Below are positions 39,647-48,984 of a stretch of 64,000 nucleotides of DNA, one piece after another. Both the position numbers and the translations under genes were made by a program. The stretch is taken from positions 192,001-256,000 of the forward strand of contig CAZNTG010000006.1 in the NCBI GenBank assembly GCA_964575955.1, given 5' to 3'. Below the pieces are notes generated by a model. It saw nothing but the letters and a program-made list of their open reading frames with translations. It was not told the DNA's origin and ran no database searches. The first letter of the stretch is position 1; the number at the start of each line of letters is the position of its first letter. This stretch comes from an uncultured Thermoproteaceae archaeon. GTDB lineage: Archaea; Thermoproteota; Thermoprotei; Thermoproteales; Thermocladiaceae.

Positions 39647-41492
39647 TACCCATACTTCTCAAATTTTCAATAACATCATCTAGACCAAGTTTCTTCAAAG
39701 TCTCAACCTTCGGTATTCCATTATCATCCCAACCTCTCATCCTGTAGTAGTATGTCAACATCTTGTCAAACATCTCTCTATCAATTTTAGAACCTGCCTT
39801 CGGCCCTCTACTTAATGGTTCATTAAACCATCTTTCTGGTGGATAATCATATTCTCTTTTCCAATGTCCAAACTCTCTAATCCAGAAGCATCTAATAACG
39901 TTATATATCCTATCTGCAACTTCAAATAGATATTCTATAGAATATTCTCGACCTGTTGCAGCTTTAAGAGCTTTTATATAAAATTCTAAATCTAGACCAA
40001 ACTCAACCCACTGTAATCTACATGTTCCAATACATTCAAATATTCCACCTCTAATATTTTGCATCCATATTAATTTACTAACTCTCTCTTCTATACTCAT
40101 ACTGGGATTCTTAAGTTCAATCGATATAAACCACGCATCTTTATGATGTGCACCTATTGGACTTGTAGAGTATGCTAATGCCATTCCAGGAGCTATGTGA
40201 CAATCGTATGCTGATATTTCAACACCTTTACAATGCATTGCTATCTTACTTACTTCAGGTCCATAATATTCTGCTATTTTTGAAACACCTTCTGCAAGTA
40301 TGTTACCTATACCTTTTCTATATGCAATCATCTCAATCATTCGTGTAGCGGCTTCAGCATTTCCAAATCTCAGCTCTATACCTTCTGTATCTTTCTTAGT
40401 TATTATACCTTTCTCGTACAGTTCCATTGCAAGTCCGATAACATTTCCTAGAGAGATTGAATCTATTCCATATTCATCACTAAGCTTTATCATATATGCT
40501 ATGGAGAGTATGTCGTCTATACCTAAATTCGATCCAAGCATTGCAACCTGCTCATAATCAATCTCAACTACATGCTTACCAAATCTACAGATATTTCCAC
40601 ATGGTGTAGGACAGGAATAGCATCCTCTAGTTCTATATTTTAGAAACTTCTCAATAACATCTCCAGAGATCTTATATGCATGTTCAAAATATGCTTCTTT
40701 AAAATTATGAACTGGTAAACAACTATTCTCATTACTCCACAAAACTGTTATCATTGTTCCCTGTCTAGTCCAAGTATTGTAAAGTTGAGTATTTTTTAAG
40801 AAATTTATAGCATCTTTCAACAATTCTATAAGTCTATCAAGATCATGTACAGGTATATCTCTACTACCTTTAACAACTATAGCCTTAACCCTCTTAGAAC
40901 CAAGTACAGCACCAATACCTGGTCTACCTCCAGCTCTACCAAAATCGTGAATTATATTTGCATACTTTACCAAATTTTCACCAGCTGGACCTATAGTAAC
41001 TACAGCACATTCATATCCATGTCTTTCCTTTAAAATTCTCTCACATTCTGATGTTTTTAATCCCCATAAATCATATGCATCAAAGATTTCACATTTACCA
41101 TCTTCAACATATATATACACTGGTTTCTCTGATCTACCCTCAATTATCAACATGTCAAAACCTGCAAATTTCAACATAGGTCCAAAATATCCTCCAAAAT
41201 TACCATCACAATAACCTCCAGATTCTGGAGATTTACAACCAACAACACATTTACCACTTCCAGGTATTGGTAATCCTGTTAATGGTCCTGTAGCAAATAT
41301 AACCTTATTATCAGGTCCTAGAGGATCTACGCCTCTATATAATTCTTCAAAAAGTATCTTACATATAAAACCTCTACCACCAACAAACTTTTCAATAAGA
41401 TCTTTTCTCAAATCTTCGATAACATACTTACGTTTACTTAAATTCACTCTTAAAACTTTACCACAATATCCCTTAATATTATCCAGAGACAT
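39633..41492 (-). CDS. aor: Tungsten-containing aldehyde:ferredoxin oxidoreductase family protein
   Basis: GYCGKVLRVNL, GGRG, KSP, IGPAGEN, GR-x-G-x-GAVLGSK, CYSCPTPC, DYE, D-x-x-GIDSIS, YY-x-x-RGWD. Confidence 0.93.
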   Translation of the reverse strand: MSLDNIKGYCGKVLRVNLSKRKYVIEDLRKDLIEKFVGGRGFICKILFEELYRGVDPLGPDNKVIFATGPLTGLPIPGSGKCVVGCKSPESGGYCDGNFGGYFGPMLKFAGFDMLIIEGRSEKPVYIYVEDGKCEIFDAYDLWGLKTSECERILKERHGYECAVVTIGPAGENLVKYANIIHDFGRAGGRPGIGAVLGSKRVKAIVVKGSRDIPVHDLDRLIELLKDAINFLKNTQLYNTWTRQGTMITVLWSNENSCLPVHNFKEAYFEHAYKISGDVIEKFLKYRTRGCYSCPTPCGNICRFGKHVVEIDYEQVAMLGSNLGIDDILSIAYMIKLSDEYGIDSISLGNVIGLAMELYEKGIITKKDTEGIELRFGNAEAATRMIEMIAYRKGIGNILAEGVSKIAEYYGPEVSKIAMHCKGVEISAYDCHIAPGMALAYSTSPIGAHHKDAWFISIELKNPSMSIEERVSKLIWMQNIRGGIFECIGTCRLQWVEFGLDLEFYIKALKAATGREYSIEYLFEVADRIYNVIRCFWIREFGHWKREYDYPPERWFNEPLSRGPKAGSKIDREMFDKMLTYYYRMRGWDDNGIPKVETLKKLGLDDVIENLRSMGIKLE

Positions 41493-41886
41493 ATCTAATA
41501 GCACCTGTAGGACAGATTTTTACACATTTTGGATCTCCATTACATAAGTCACATTTTATAGGAAATTTAATATCAGGATGTTTAAATATTGAACCGTAAG
41601 GACATGCTTTAATACAATCTCCACAACCTGTACATCTATCAACAATAAGTTTAACAATACCATTCTTATACACTAGAGCATCATATTCACATACACGAGC
41701 ACATTGAGGTTTATCACACTGTTTACAACATTTTACAATTATGTCAAGATTATTAGCTGTGAAATATACTACAACTCTAATACCTGACTTAGAAATATTG
41801 ACAGTACCGAAGTGATATATAGAACATACAAGCTCACATAAATGACATCCAACACATTTAGAAACGTCAATCTCAATTCTAGGCAT
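41479..41886 (-). CDS. 4Fe-4S dicluster protein (AOR-associated ferredoxin subunit)
   Basis: CVGCHLCELVC, CKQC-x-x-P-C, CTGCGDC-x-x-ACP, KCDLC...CPTGA. Confidence 0.92.
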   Translation of the reverse strand: MPRIEIDVSKCVGCHLCELVCSIYHFGTVNISKSGIRVVVYFTANNLDIIVKCCKQCDKPQCARVCEYDALVYKNGIVKLIVDRCTGCGDCIKACPYGSIFKHPDIKFPIKCDLCNGDPKCVKICPTGAIRYVSG

Positions 41887-41969
41887 CTCTAGATAAATGT
41901 CCTTCCAAATTTATCAATTATCTCAACAAGCTGGAATATGTGTAGCATAGTTTCAATAGTGTAGAGACG

Positions 41970-42018
41970 TCAGTGCTCGTGCCCTTCTTCATAATTCTGA
42001 CAGAACTCCACTCATCAT
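41970..42018 (-). ncRNA. Box C/D methylation guide sRNA
   Basis: Minus strand: C ATGATGA, guide GTGGAGTTCTGT, D' CAGA, C' ATGAAGA, guide AGGGCACGAGCA, D CTGA. Confidence 0.88.
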
Positions 42019-42023
42019 CAATA

Positions 42024-42887
42024 TTAGACTAGTAGAAATCTACTATAAGCATTTACTACATGTTTAACAAGTTGCTCAGATACGGTTTCTGATATGAATC
42101 TAGTATTGTCAGATGAGTATATATTCAAAAATTTGAGTATTGATTTACAAAATCTTATGAGATTGATACCTGAAAGCTTATTATAGATATTAAGAAGTTC
42201 TCTGTATAGACCTACATTACCATGAATTATATCTCTAAAAATTTTTGGTATTATATTTAGAAGAATATCAACTACACCATAACCTCCAGCTTCAATAAAT
42301 GGTAAAGCTAGATATCCATTTCCAATATATACAACAACACTCCTACCAACATCTTTTAAAGAGTATAAGATGTTTAATATATACTTAAAATCTCTCGAAG
42401 TTATTTTAAATCCAACTATATTTGAATACTCATATACTAGCTTAAATATCCAATCTACAGGTACTTCATAACCTTGAACGTTAGTGTATAGGTATACTAA
42501 GATCATGTTATCAAATATTTTACATATCTCTTCATAATACCTCAAGAATTGTCTAAATGTTGGTTTATAGTATAGTGGAGGTAGAGATATTATGTATTTA
42601 ATACTTAAATCTTTACAAACTCTTACCATACTATACACATCTTTAAGCGATATAGAGTGTACACCTACTACAAGCCTATCTGGATTATAGATATTTGATA
42701 CATACTCTACTAGTCTTATCTTCTCATTAATATTAAGACATGGCCATTCTCCAGATGTGCCTAGTATGAATATATTATCTACATGATATTTTAACAAATC
42801 TACATGTTTTGCTAGAGAGTTGTAATCTATCTCAAGATTATTATCAAATGGTGTTAGTAGAGGTATAACAAGTCTTCCTAAACTCAT
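42024..42887 (-). CDS. Dihydrodipicolinate synthase/KDG aldolase family protein
   Basis: LLTPF, LGTSGE, PPLYY, and Schiff-base Lys in VGFKIT. Confidence 0.85.
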   Translation of the reverse strand: MSLGRLVIPLLTPFDNNLEIDYNSLAKHVDLLKYHVDNIFILGTSGEWPCLNINEKIRLVEYVSNIYNPDRLVVGVHSISLKDVYSMVRVCKDLSIKYIISLPPLYYKPTFRQFLRYYEEICKIFDNMILVYLYTNVQGYEVPVDWIFKLVYEYSNIVGFKITSRDFKYILNILYSLKDVGRSVVVYIGNGYLALPFIEAGGYGVVDILLNIIPKIFRDIIHGNVGLYRELLNIYNKLSGINLIRFCKSILKFLNIYSSDNTRFISETVSEQLVKHVVNAYSRFLLV

Positions 42888-42945
42888 ATTTATTAATTAA
42901 AATTTAAGGATTTTAAAAGAGAGACAGTATATGTTTAGTATTTTA

Positions 42946-43629
42946 TTAACCTCTCTGTTTTACCAATGGTATGTGTAGTATATCTTTTACTATATCAAAC
43001 CTATTTACAATGTAGTCAAATAGTGCTACATTAACTATACCATCTATGAGTGATATTGGAAATTGTACTGGCATGTATAGCATGAATATTGTCCCTATGA
43101 GATGTAGTATGTTTATTAATGTGTGTCCCCAAGCTAGTGCTAATTCTATCGATGTTACTAAATACACTCCTAAATCTCCTACAACTCCACTTACGAAGAG
43201 TATTGTTGTTCTAGATGGAGATTTAGACATCTTAATTATAACTCTCCTAACGAGAAAGCTTAGAACTGCCGGTATTAATGCTAGTGATAGTGTATTTGCT
43301 CCAAGTGTTGTAAATCCTCCATGTCCGTAAAGTGCCTGTAGTATTAATACACAGAATGACATTAAGAATATCTCAGGTATTGAAAGTATTAGACCTGCTA
43401 ATGGAGTTCCACATGGATGTGAACATGAACCAGCAACAGGTACAGGTATATGCCAGCCACTTAACACGAATACTATAGCCATGAGTAGTAGAAACAGTTT
43501 TACATACTCAATACCGTACTGTCTAACATTATTCCTAAGTTTGTATATTCCATAGAATACTATTGGTAGAACTATTGCAAAGTATATCACACAGTGTAGT
43601 GGTGGTAGTGTACCATCTGCAAGATGCAT
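42946..43629 (-). CDS. cbiM: Co/Ni ECF transporter substrate component
   Basis: N-terminal MHLADG, GSCSHPCG, HGGFTTLGAN. Confidence 0.92.
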   Translation of the reverse strand: MHLADGTLPPLHCVIYFAIVLPIVFYGIYKLRNNVRQYGIEYVKLFLLLMAIVFVLSGWHIPVPVAGSCSHPCGTPLAGLILSIPEIFLMSFCVLILQALYGHGGFTTLGANTLSLALIPAVLSFLVRRVIIKMSKSPSRTTILFVSGVVGDLGVYLVTSIELALAWGHTLINILHLIGTIFMLYMPVQFPISLIDGIVNVALFDYIVNRFDIVKDILHIPLVKQRG

Positions 43630-43644
43630 AGTTATCTACCCATG

Positions 43645-43710
43645 GTTTCAAGTTTTAACATTTTTAATATTTTACAGTTACAAATTATGAAAAACGTTAA
43701 AACTTGAGAC
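43645..43710. promoter_or_regulatory. Dyad-symmetric bidirectional promoter/operator between cbiM and cbiNQO
   Basis: 21-bp inverted arms (43645-43665 and 43690-43710), 19/21 matching, each with an A-run plus TTAAAA; both ATGs lie 16 nt from the arm ends. Confidence 0.75.
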
Positions 43711-43725
43711 TGAGCAATTACACAC

Positions 43726-43971
43726 ATGCAAAAGGGTAGAAAAGCAATACTCTTAATGTTTGGTATAATAGCACTAATAACAGCAATAATAGTAACAGCA
43801 CTTGGACTAGCTGGTATAAGTTTAGAAGAGCCAGAAGATATAGCAGCAACAAAGATACTACACCTAAAGATATTTCAAGTAATACCTGACCCAGTAGCTG
43901 ACTTTATAGCAATAGTACTTCCACTCATAGTTGGTATAGTGATAGGATATATAATAGGTGATAAGTTATGA
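43726..43971 (+). CDS. CbiN-like small membrane component
   Basis: Two TM helices with an acidic loop (EEPED) and GIVIGYIIG end; leads the cbiQO genes. Confidence 0.65.
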   Translation: MQKGRKAILLMFGIIALITAIIVTALGLAGISLEEPEDIAATKILHLKIFQVIPDPVADFIAIVLPLIVGIVIGYIIGDKL

Positions 43972-44741
43972 CGTTCGTGATAGATTACGATCAACTAGTA
44001 CCAATAATGTTCTTTATAGGAGTTGGTATAGGATATGTGTTAAGAAAGATAGTTAAGAGAAGAAGTGCCATTCTTGCAAGAGCAATACTATTCTTACTAA
44101 TATTTGTAATAATATTCTTAACAACATGTAAGATGTTTTTACTAGGACTATCAGCAATATCTCTCACAACCGCATTTTCGATAGTGTCATCTCATAGAGA
44201 GAGGGAGAGATATTTAGCATATATGGGTACTATAGGATTAACATTGTCAGCAATAGCTATATCAATGCTACTATGTGGATTATATACTGAGACACAATTA
44301 CTCATACTTAGAGTCTTAACAATAGGTATGTTATACATATCTCTAATACTTACACTACCCGTAACATCTCTAGCATATATGGTAAGACTATTCTTCGGAA
44401 ATTCATTGACAATGATGTTCTTAACAACATACTTAATATTTAGAAAAGTTGTAAGTATAATTGAAGAATTTACAACAAGCTTAAAGATTCATGAACAATA
44501 TATAAGAGGGATAATTAACAAGGTGAAATTTTCAATAGATGTGTTGAAGAGACGTGTAGTACCAATTTTAGAGAAAGCTATTGATGATATAACAGCATCA
44601 TTATGCTCGAGAGGTATAGACATAACAGGATGTAATGTGAAAATACCATTACAGGTAAAATTTACGAGAGATGATGCACTACTACTTACATCATTCACAG
44701 TACCAATACTACTACTTGCAGTACTATGTCACCTATTATAG
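43968..44741 (+). CDS. cbiQ: ECF transporter transmembrane component (CbiQ-like)
   Basis: Multi-TM protein with the ASLCSRG coupling-helix motif. Confidence 0.7.
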   Translation: MTFVIDYDQLVPIMFFIGVGIGYVLRKIVKRRSAILARAILFLLIFVIIFLTTCKMFLLGLSAISLTTAFSIVSSHRERERYLAYMGTIGLTLSAIAISMLLCGLYTETQLLILRVLTIGMLYISLILTLPVTSLAYMVRLFFGNSLTMMFLTTYLIFRKVVSIIEEFTTSLKIHEQYIRGIINKVKFSIDVLKRRVVPILEKAIDDITASLCSRGIDITGCNVKIPLQVKFTRDDALLLTSFTVPILLLAVLCHLL

Positions 44742-45574
44742 AGGTTGAAGATATGTACTTCAGGTATAGGTCAGGAGAAGATTGGATACTTAAAGGAATA
44801 AATATGAGTATTGAAGAAGGATCTATTGTAACAATATTAGGCATGAATGGATCCGGAAAAACTACTCTACTTAAAATATTGTCAGGTATTTTAATACCTC
44901 AAAGAGGTAGAGTGAAGATATGTGATGTAGAGCTTAGTAAGAGAACTGCAGGAAAGGTTAGAGAGATTGTTGGATTAGTACTTCAAGATCCTGATACCCA
45001 TCTTCTAATGCCTACAGTTAGAGAAGAACTATCAATACCATTAATATCTAGAGGTTTTAGAGAAGAAGAGGTTTATAGGCGTGTGGAGTATATATCGAAA
45101 CTTGTAGGTATTCAAGACATACTCGATAAGAGTGTTGATGAGCTTAGCTTCGGTCAGAAGAAGAGGGTATCTATAGCATCAATACTCATAGCAGAGCCTA
45201 AGATACTATTGCTAGATGAGCCTACTCTAGGTCTAGATCCAATTACCTGCATATCACTTATGGACTTGGTTGTTGATATAGCTAAGAGAAAGAGAATGAC
45301 AGTAATATTCTCAACACAAGATCTCGATATTGCGGCACTATATGCAGAGTATGTATATGTTATGAGAGATGGTAAGATCGTTGCTTCAGGTTCTAGAGAT
45401 GATGTTCTTAGAAATTTTGAATTAATGAGAAATGTATGTGGACTTAGACTTACAAGGATTGGACATCTATTTGAGATTGCTAGTAAGAGAGGTCTAGTTA
45501 AGATTGATAGAATACCATTAACAATATCTGAAGCATTGAAAGTATTAGAGAGAAATCAGCTAGGGGATTATTAA
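44726..45574 (+). CDS. cbiO: ECF transporter ATPase
   Basis: GMNGSGKTT, LQDPD, LSFGQKKR, LLLDEPT. Confidence 0.92.
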   Translation: MSPIIEVEDMYFRYRSGEDWILKGINMSIEEGSIVTILGMNGSGKTTLLKILSGILIPQRGRVKICDVELSKRTAGKVREIVGLVLQDPDTHLLMPTVREELSIPLISRGFREEEVYRRVEYISKLVGIQDILDKSVDELSFGQKKRVSIASILIAEPKILLLDEPTLGLDPITCISLMDLVVDIAKRKRMTVIFSTQDLDIAALYAEYVYVMRDGKIVASGSRDDVLRNFELMRNVCGLRLTRIGHLFEIASKRGLVKIDRIPLTISEALKVLERNQLGDY

Positions 45575-45605
45575 TCATCTATCATACCCAGCTGTAATTC
45601 ATCAT
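45556..45605 (-). ncRNA. Box C/D sRNA, antisense-overlapping the cbiO 3' end
   Basis: Minus strand: C ATGATGA, guide ATTACAGCTGGGT, D' ATGA, C' ATGATTA, guide ATAATCCCCTAG, D CTGA. Confidence 0.8.
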
Positions 45606-45646
45606 TCATAAAAATATATGTACTAGACTATTTATAACTAATCTAG

Positions 45647-45697
45647 ATGATGTGAGAACTCCCCGACCTGAATTGATGAAGATGACCCTCTTGCTGA
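45647..45697 (+). ncRNA. Box C/D methylation guide sRNA
   Basis: C-like ATGATGT, guide GAGAACTCCCCGAC, D' CTGA, C' ATGAAGA, guide TGACCCTCTTG, D CTGA; TTTATAA upstream. Confidence 0.8.
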
Positions 45698-46696
45698 TTA
45701 CTTCTCAAATTCTTCTCTAAATATCATCTGTCTAATCTTTCTCCCAACCTGCTCTATCATATGATTACTCAACTCATCAAGTAGTTTTCTAAGTGTTGGA
45801 CAGCCATTCTCATACTCCTGTAACCATTCTTTAGCAAATTCTCCATTAATAACTCTCTGTGCAGCTTTTCTAATATTCTCTCTAACATGCTCATCAATTA
45901 CTTTAGGACCTACTGTAAGTCCTCCATATTTAGCTGTTTCACTAACAATCTGTAGCATTCCTGTTAGACCACCTCTCCATATTAGATCTACAATAAGCTT
46001 TAACTCATGTAGAACTTCAAAATAGCATACTTCGGGTTGATATCCAAGTTCTATCAATACTTCAAAAGCCTTCTTTATAAGTTCCATAACACCACCAACA
46101 AGAACACACTGCTCACCTATCAAGTCTGTCTCTGTCTCTTCTTTAAAACTTGAAAGTATTACTCCAGCTCTTGTAAATCCGTTAGCTTTAGCTATTGCAA
46201 GTGCGTAGTCTAGAGCTTTTTTAGAATAATCTTGATGTACTGCTACAAGTGCAGGTACGCCAAAACCTTTCAAATATAGTTCACGTACAGCAGATCCAGG
46301 ACCTTTAGGTGCTACGAGTACTACATCTACAAATTCTGGAGGTCTTATTAAGCCGTAATGTATTGTGAAGCCATGTGCAAAACATATTACCTGTCCAGGT
46401 TTTAGATTCTTCTCAATCTTCTCTTTCCAAACTTTTGGCTGAACCATGTCTGGTATTAGCATTACTATGACATCAGCTTTCTTAGAAGCTTCATCAATTT
46501 CATATACTTCAAAACCTTCTCTACTAGCTTCAGACCAACTTTTACCATCTCTTCTAAGACCAACGATAACGTTTAGACCACTATCTCTCATATTATAAGC
46601 CCATGCACGACCTTGAGAACCATATCCAATTATTGCTATAGTCTTATCTTTTAGAAGTGTTAGATCTGCATCTCGATCTGTGAATATCTTTGCCAT
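45698..46696 (-). CDS. ilvC: Ketol-acid reductoisomerase
   Basis: [35 protein letters not shown]. Confidence 0.96.
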   Translation of the reverse strand: MAKIFTDRDADLTLLKDKTIAIIGYGSQGRAWAYNMRDSGLNVIVGLRRDGKSWSEASREGFEVYEIDEASKKADVIVMLIPDMVQPKVWKEKIEKNLKPGQVICFAHGFTIHYGLIRPPEFVDVVLVAPKGPGSAVRELYLKGFGVPALVAVHQDYSKKALDYALAIAKANGFTRAGVILSSFKEETETDLIGEQCVLVGGVMELIKKAFEVLIELGYQPEVCYFEVLHELKLIVDLIWRGGLTGMLQIVSETAKYGGLTVGPKVIDEHVRENIRKAAQRVINGEFAKEWLQEYENGCPTLRKLLDELSNHMIEQVGRKIRQMIFREEFEK

Positions 46697-46755
46697 ACTT
46701 TTAGAAGATTTGTTTAATACTCTTTAAATTATTACTCACATTTTGAATATTTTTA

Positions 46756-46998
46756 TTAAGTAGAATCTTGAACAATCATCTCCTGAATTTCATATATTGA
46801 ACTTAGCTTACTTGTAAACCACTCTGGTTCTTGTGTATCAACCTTCAATTCTACCTGAACGACAGTACCGTTAAGTCTAAACTTCATCTCTCTAACTTCA
46901 GCTTTAGTACTACACTTCCTCAATACAGTTATTAATCTAGCAACAGCATCTAAACCACCTATTAGCTCCATGTGTAGAGTTAAGATTTTGCTACTCAT
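46756..46998 (-). CDS. ilvN: ACT-domain protein, probable acetolactate synthase small subunit
   Basis: 80 aa, ACT-like (ARLITVLRK), located between ilvB and ilvC. Confidence 0.7.
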   Translation of the reverse strand: MSSKILTLHMELIGGLDAVARLITVLRKCSTKAEVREMKFRLNGTVVQVELKVDTQEPEWFTSKLSSIYEIQEMIVQDST

Positions 46999-48719
46999 GT
47001 TCTCACCTCAGGAAACTTCATATCAATCTTCAACTCGCCTGGAAGCATGATTTCAGTAAGCCACTTCCCTGGTAGTACCCATGGCTTGACCATCTCAAAC
47101 TCCTTATCTATAGTTACATCAACTATTAGTGGTGTTCTATTTCTTATAGCTCTCCTAACAGCAATTTCAAGATCTCTATAACTTTCAGGTCTAACACCCT
47201 CAATTCCAAATGCTTCGGCAAACTTCACGAAGTCTGGATTACCATAGAAGTCAACTGCAATAATTCTACCACTATACATGACACGTTGCCACTGTCTAAC
47301 CATCTGTAGTGCACTATTGTTAAATATTGTAACTATGATATCTAAATTCCACTCACGTACAACACATAGATTTTGACAAGTCATTAGGAAGCTTCCATCA
47401 CCATCAATATCTAATACTGGTCTTTCAGGTCTTGCAAATTTTGCACCAATAGCTGCAGGTAGTCCAAATCCCATAGTTCCCAATCCTGCACTTGTGATAA
47501 ATGTTCCAGGTTTGATAACTTTCCAATGAATTTCACACCACATCTGATGTGCTCCAACACCTGTAGTAACTATCGCGTCTGGAGGTATGACATCTCTCAA
47601 ACATTTCAATACTTTCCAAGGTACTAGACCAGGAACATCATTACCATACTTAGATATGTAATCTTCAAACTTTCTTCTAATATCTTTCAACCATCTTACA
47701 AATTTATCATCTCTCTTTAATGCCCCAGGAATGTACTTTATCAACATCTCTAAGAATTCTCTAACATCACCTGCAATTGCTATTGTCGGTTTAACATTCT
47801 TACCAAGCTCTCCAGGATCAATATCTACATGAATTATCTTTCTACCCTTACTAAATTCAGAGTAGTTACATACTGTTCTATCTGAAAATCTTGTTCCAAG
47901 TGCAAGTACTACATCAGAATTTGCTAATGCTGCATTAGCTTCAGGTCTACCATGCATACCTGCAACACCCATAACTAGTGGATGATCTCCAGGTACTGCA
48001 TTCTTTCCTGGAAGTGTTGTAACTATTGGTGCTAATATCATCTCTGCAACTTTCAAAACTAGATCCCAAGCACCACTCCAATATACACCACCACCGACAA
48101 GTATTACAGGTCTTTCAGCTTCTACAAGTAGTTTAGCTGCTTGAGCAACCTTAGAAGGATCAGGTCTTGGTATTTCTCTGAAAACTCCAGGTATGTAAAA
48201 TTCCTCTTCTCTCTCAACCTTACCTGTCTGTGCATCTCTTGGAAAATCTATTAATACAGGTCCTGGTCTTCCATGCATTGCTATTCTGTAAGCCATTTTG
48301 AATATTGAACCAGCCTTATTTGGATCTCTAATAACTATGTTAAACTTAGTAACTGTAAATGTTGAACCAACCATATCTGTCTCCTGAAATGCGTCTTTAC
48401 CAAACATTGATAGTGGTACCTGACCTGTAATTGCTACTACAGGTGATGAATCCATATAAGCATTTGCAAGACCGGTAAATAGGTTTGTAGCACCTGGACC
48501 AGACGTTACAATTGTAACTCCTGGTCTTCTTAATACTCTAGCATATGAATCTGCTGCATGTATAGCACCTTGCTCATGTCTAAACAAGACTATCTTAATC
48601 CTATCCTTAACATTGTACAGTGCGTCATATACTGGCAATATTGCACCTCCAGGTATTCCAAATATTACATCAACACCACACTCGACTATTGCTTTAACTA
48701 GTGATTCAGCACCAATCAT
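46995..48719 (-). CDS. ilvB: Acetolactate synthase large subunit
   Basis: FGIPGGA, RHEQGA, TSGPGATN, DAFQE, GLGTMGFGLPAAIGA, DGDGSF...N TPP motif. Confidence 0.96.
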   Translation of the reverse strand: MIGAESLVKAIVECGVDVIFGIPGGAILPVYDALYNVKDRIKIVLFRHEQGAIHAADSYARVLRRPGVTIVTSGPGATNLFTGLANAYMDSSPVVAITGQVPLSMFGKDAFQETDMVGSTFTVTKFNIVIRDPNKAGSIFKMAYRIAMHGRPGPVLIDFPRDAQTGKVEREEEFYIPGVFREIPRPDPSKVAQAAKLLVEAERPVILVGGGVYWSGAWDLVLKVAEMILAPIVTTLPGKNAVPGDHPLVMGVAGMHGRPEANAALANSDVVLALGTRFSDRTVCNYSEFSKGRKIIHVDIDPGELGKNVKPTIAIAGDVREFLEMLIKYIPGALKRDDKFVRWLKDIRRKFEDYISKYGNDVPGLVPWKVLKCLRDVIPPDAIVTTGVGAHQMWCEIHWKVIKPGTFITSAGLGTMGFGLPAAIGAKFARPERPVLDIDGDGSFLMTCQNLCVVREWNLDIIVTIFNNSALQMVRQWQRVMYSGRIIAVDFYGNPDFVKFAEAFGIEGVRPESYRDLEIAVRRAIRNRTPLIVDVTIDKEFEMVKPWVLPGKWLTEIMLPGELKIDMKFPEVRT

Positions 48720-48723
48720 ATTC

Positions 48724-48837
48724 TCACCTTAATGCACTTTTTAGAAGCTCTTGCACAGGTTCTACATATTTTGATGAGTATGTCCTTATTAGACTGATTG
48801 CTCTCTCTTGTCTGTCTAGTTCTACTACTATTTTCAA
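48724..48837 (-). CDS. Putative 37-aa upstream ORF of the ilvBNC operon (not in the ORF track)
   Basis: TTG start, MKIVVELDRQERAISLIRTYSSKYVEPVQELLKSALR*; its stop codon lies inside the ilvB Shine-Dalgarno (AGGTGA). Confidence 0.4.
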   Translation of the reverse strand: MKIVVELDRQERAISLIRTYSSKYVEPVQELLKSALR

Positions 48838-48984
48838 CGTACCCGGCGACTCTTCTTGATAGGACAGAGAAGACTCATCCCGATCCAGAATGTACGGATG
48901 GTCTATCTTTTTAAGCGTTACCTATGGTTCATCAAAGAACCGCTAAGTAGGGAAATGTTTATAAGAGTTTATCTACGCAGTCAA

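Noticed and set aside
48856-48984. 43-codon N-terminal extension of leuA in the ORF track
   Set aside because: It overlaps the divergent promoter region; TATA spacing favours TTG 48985.
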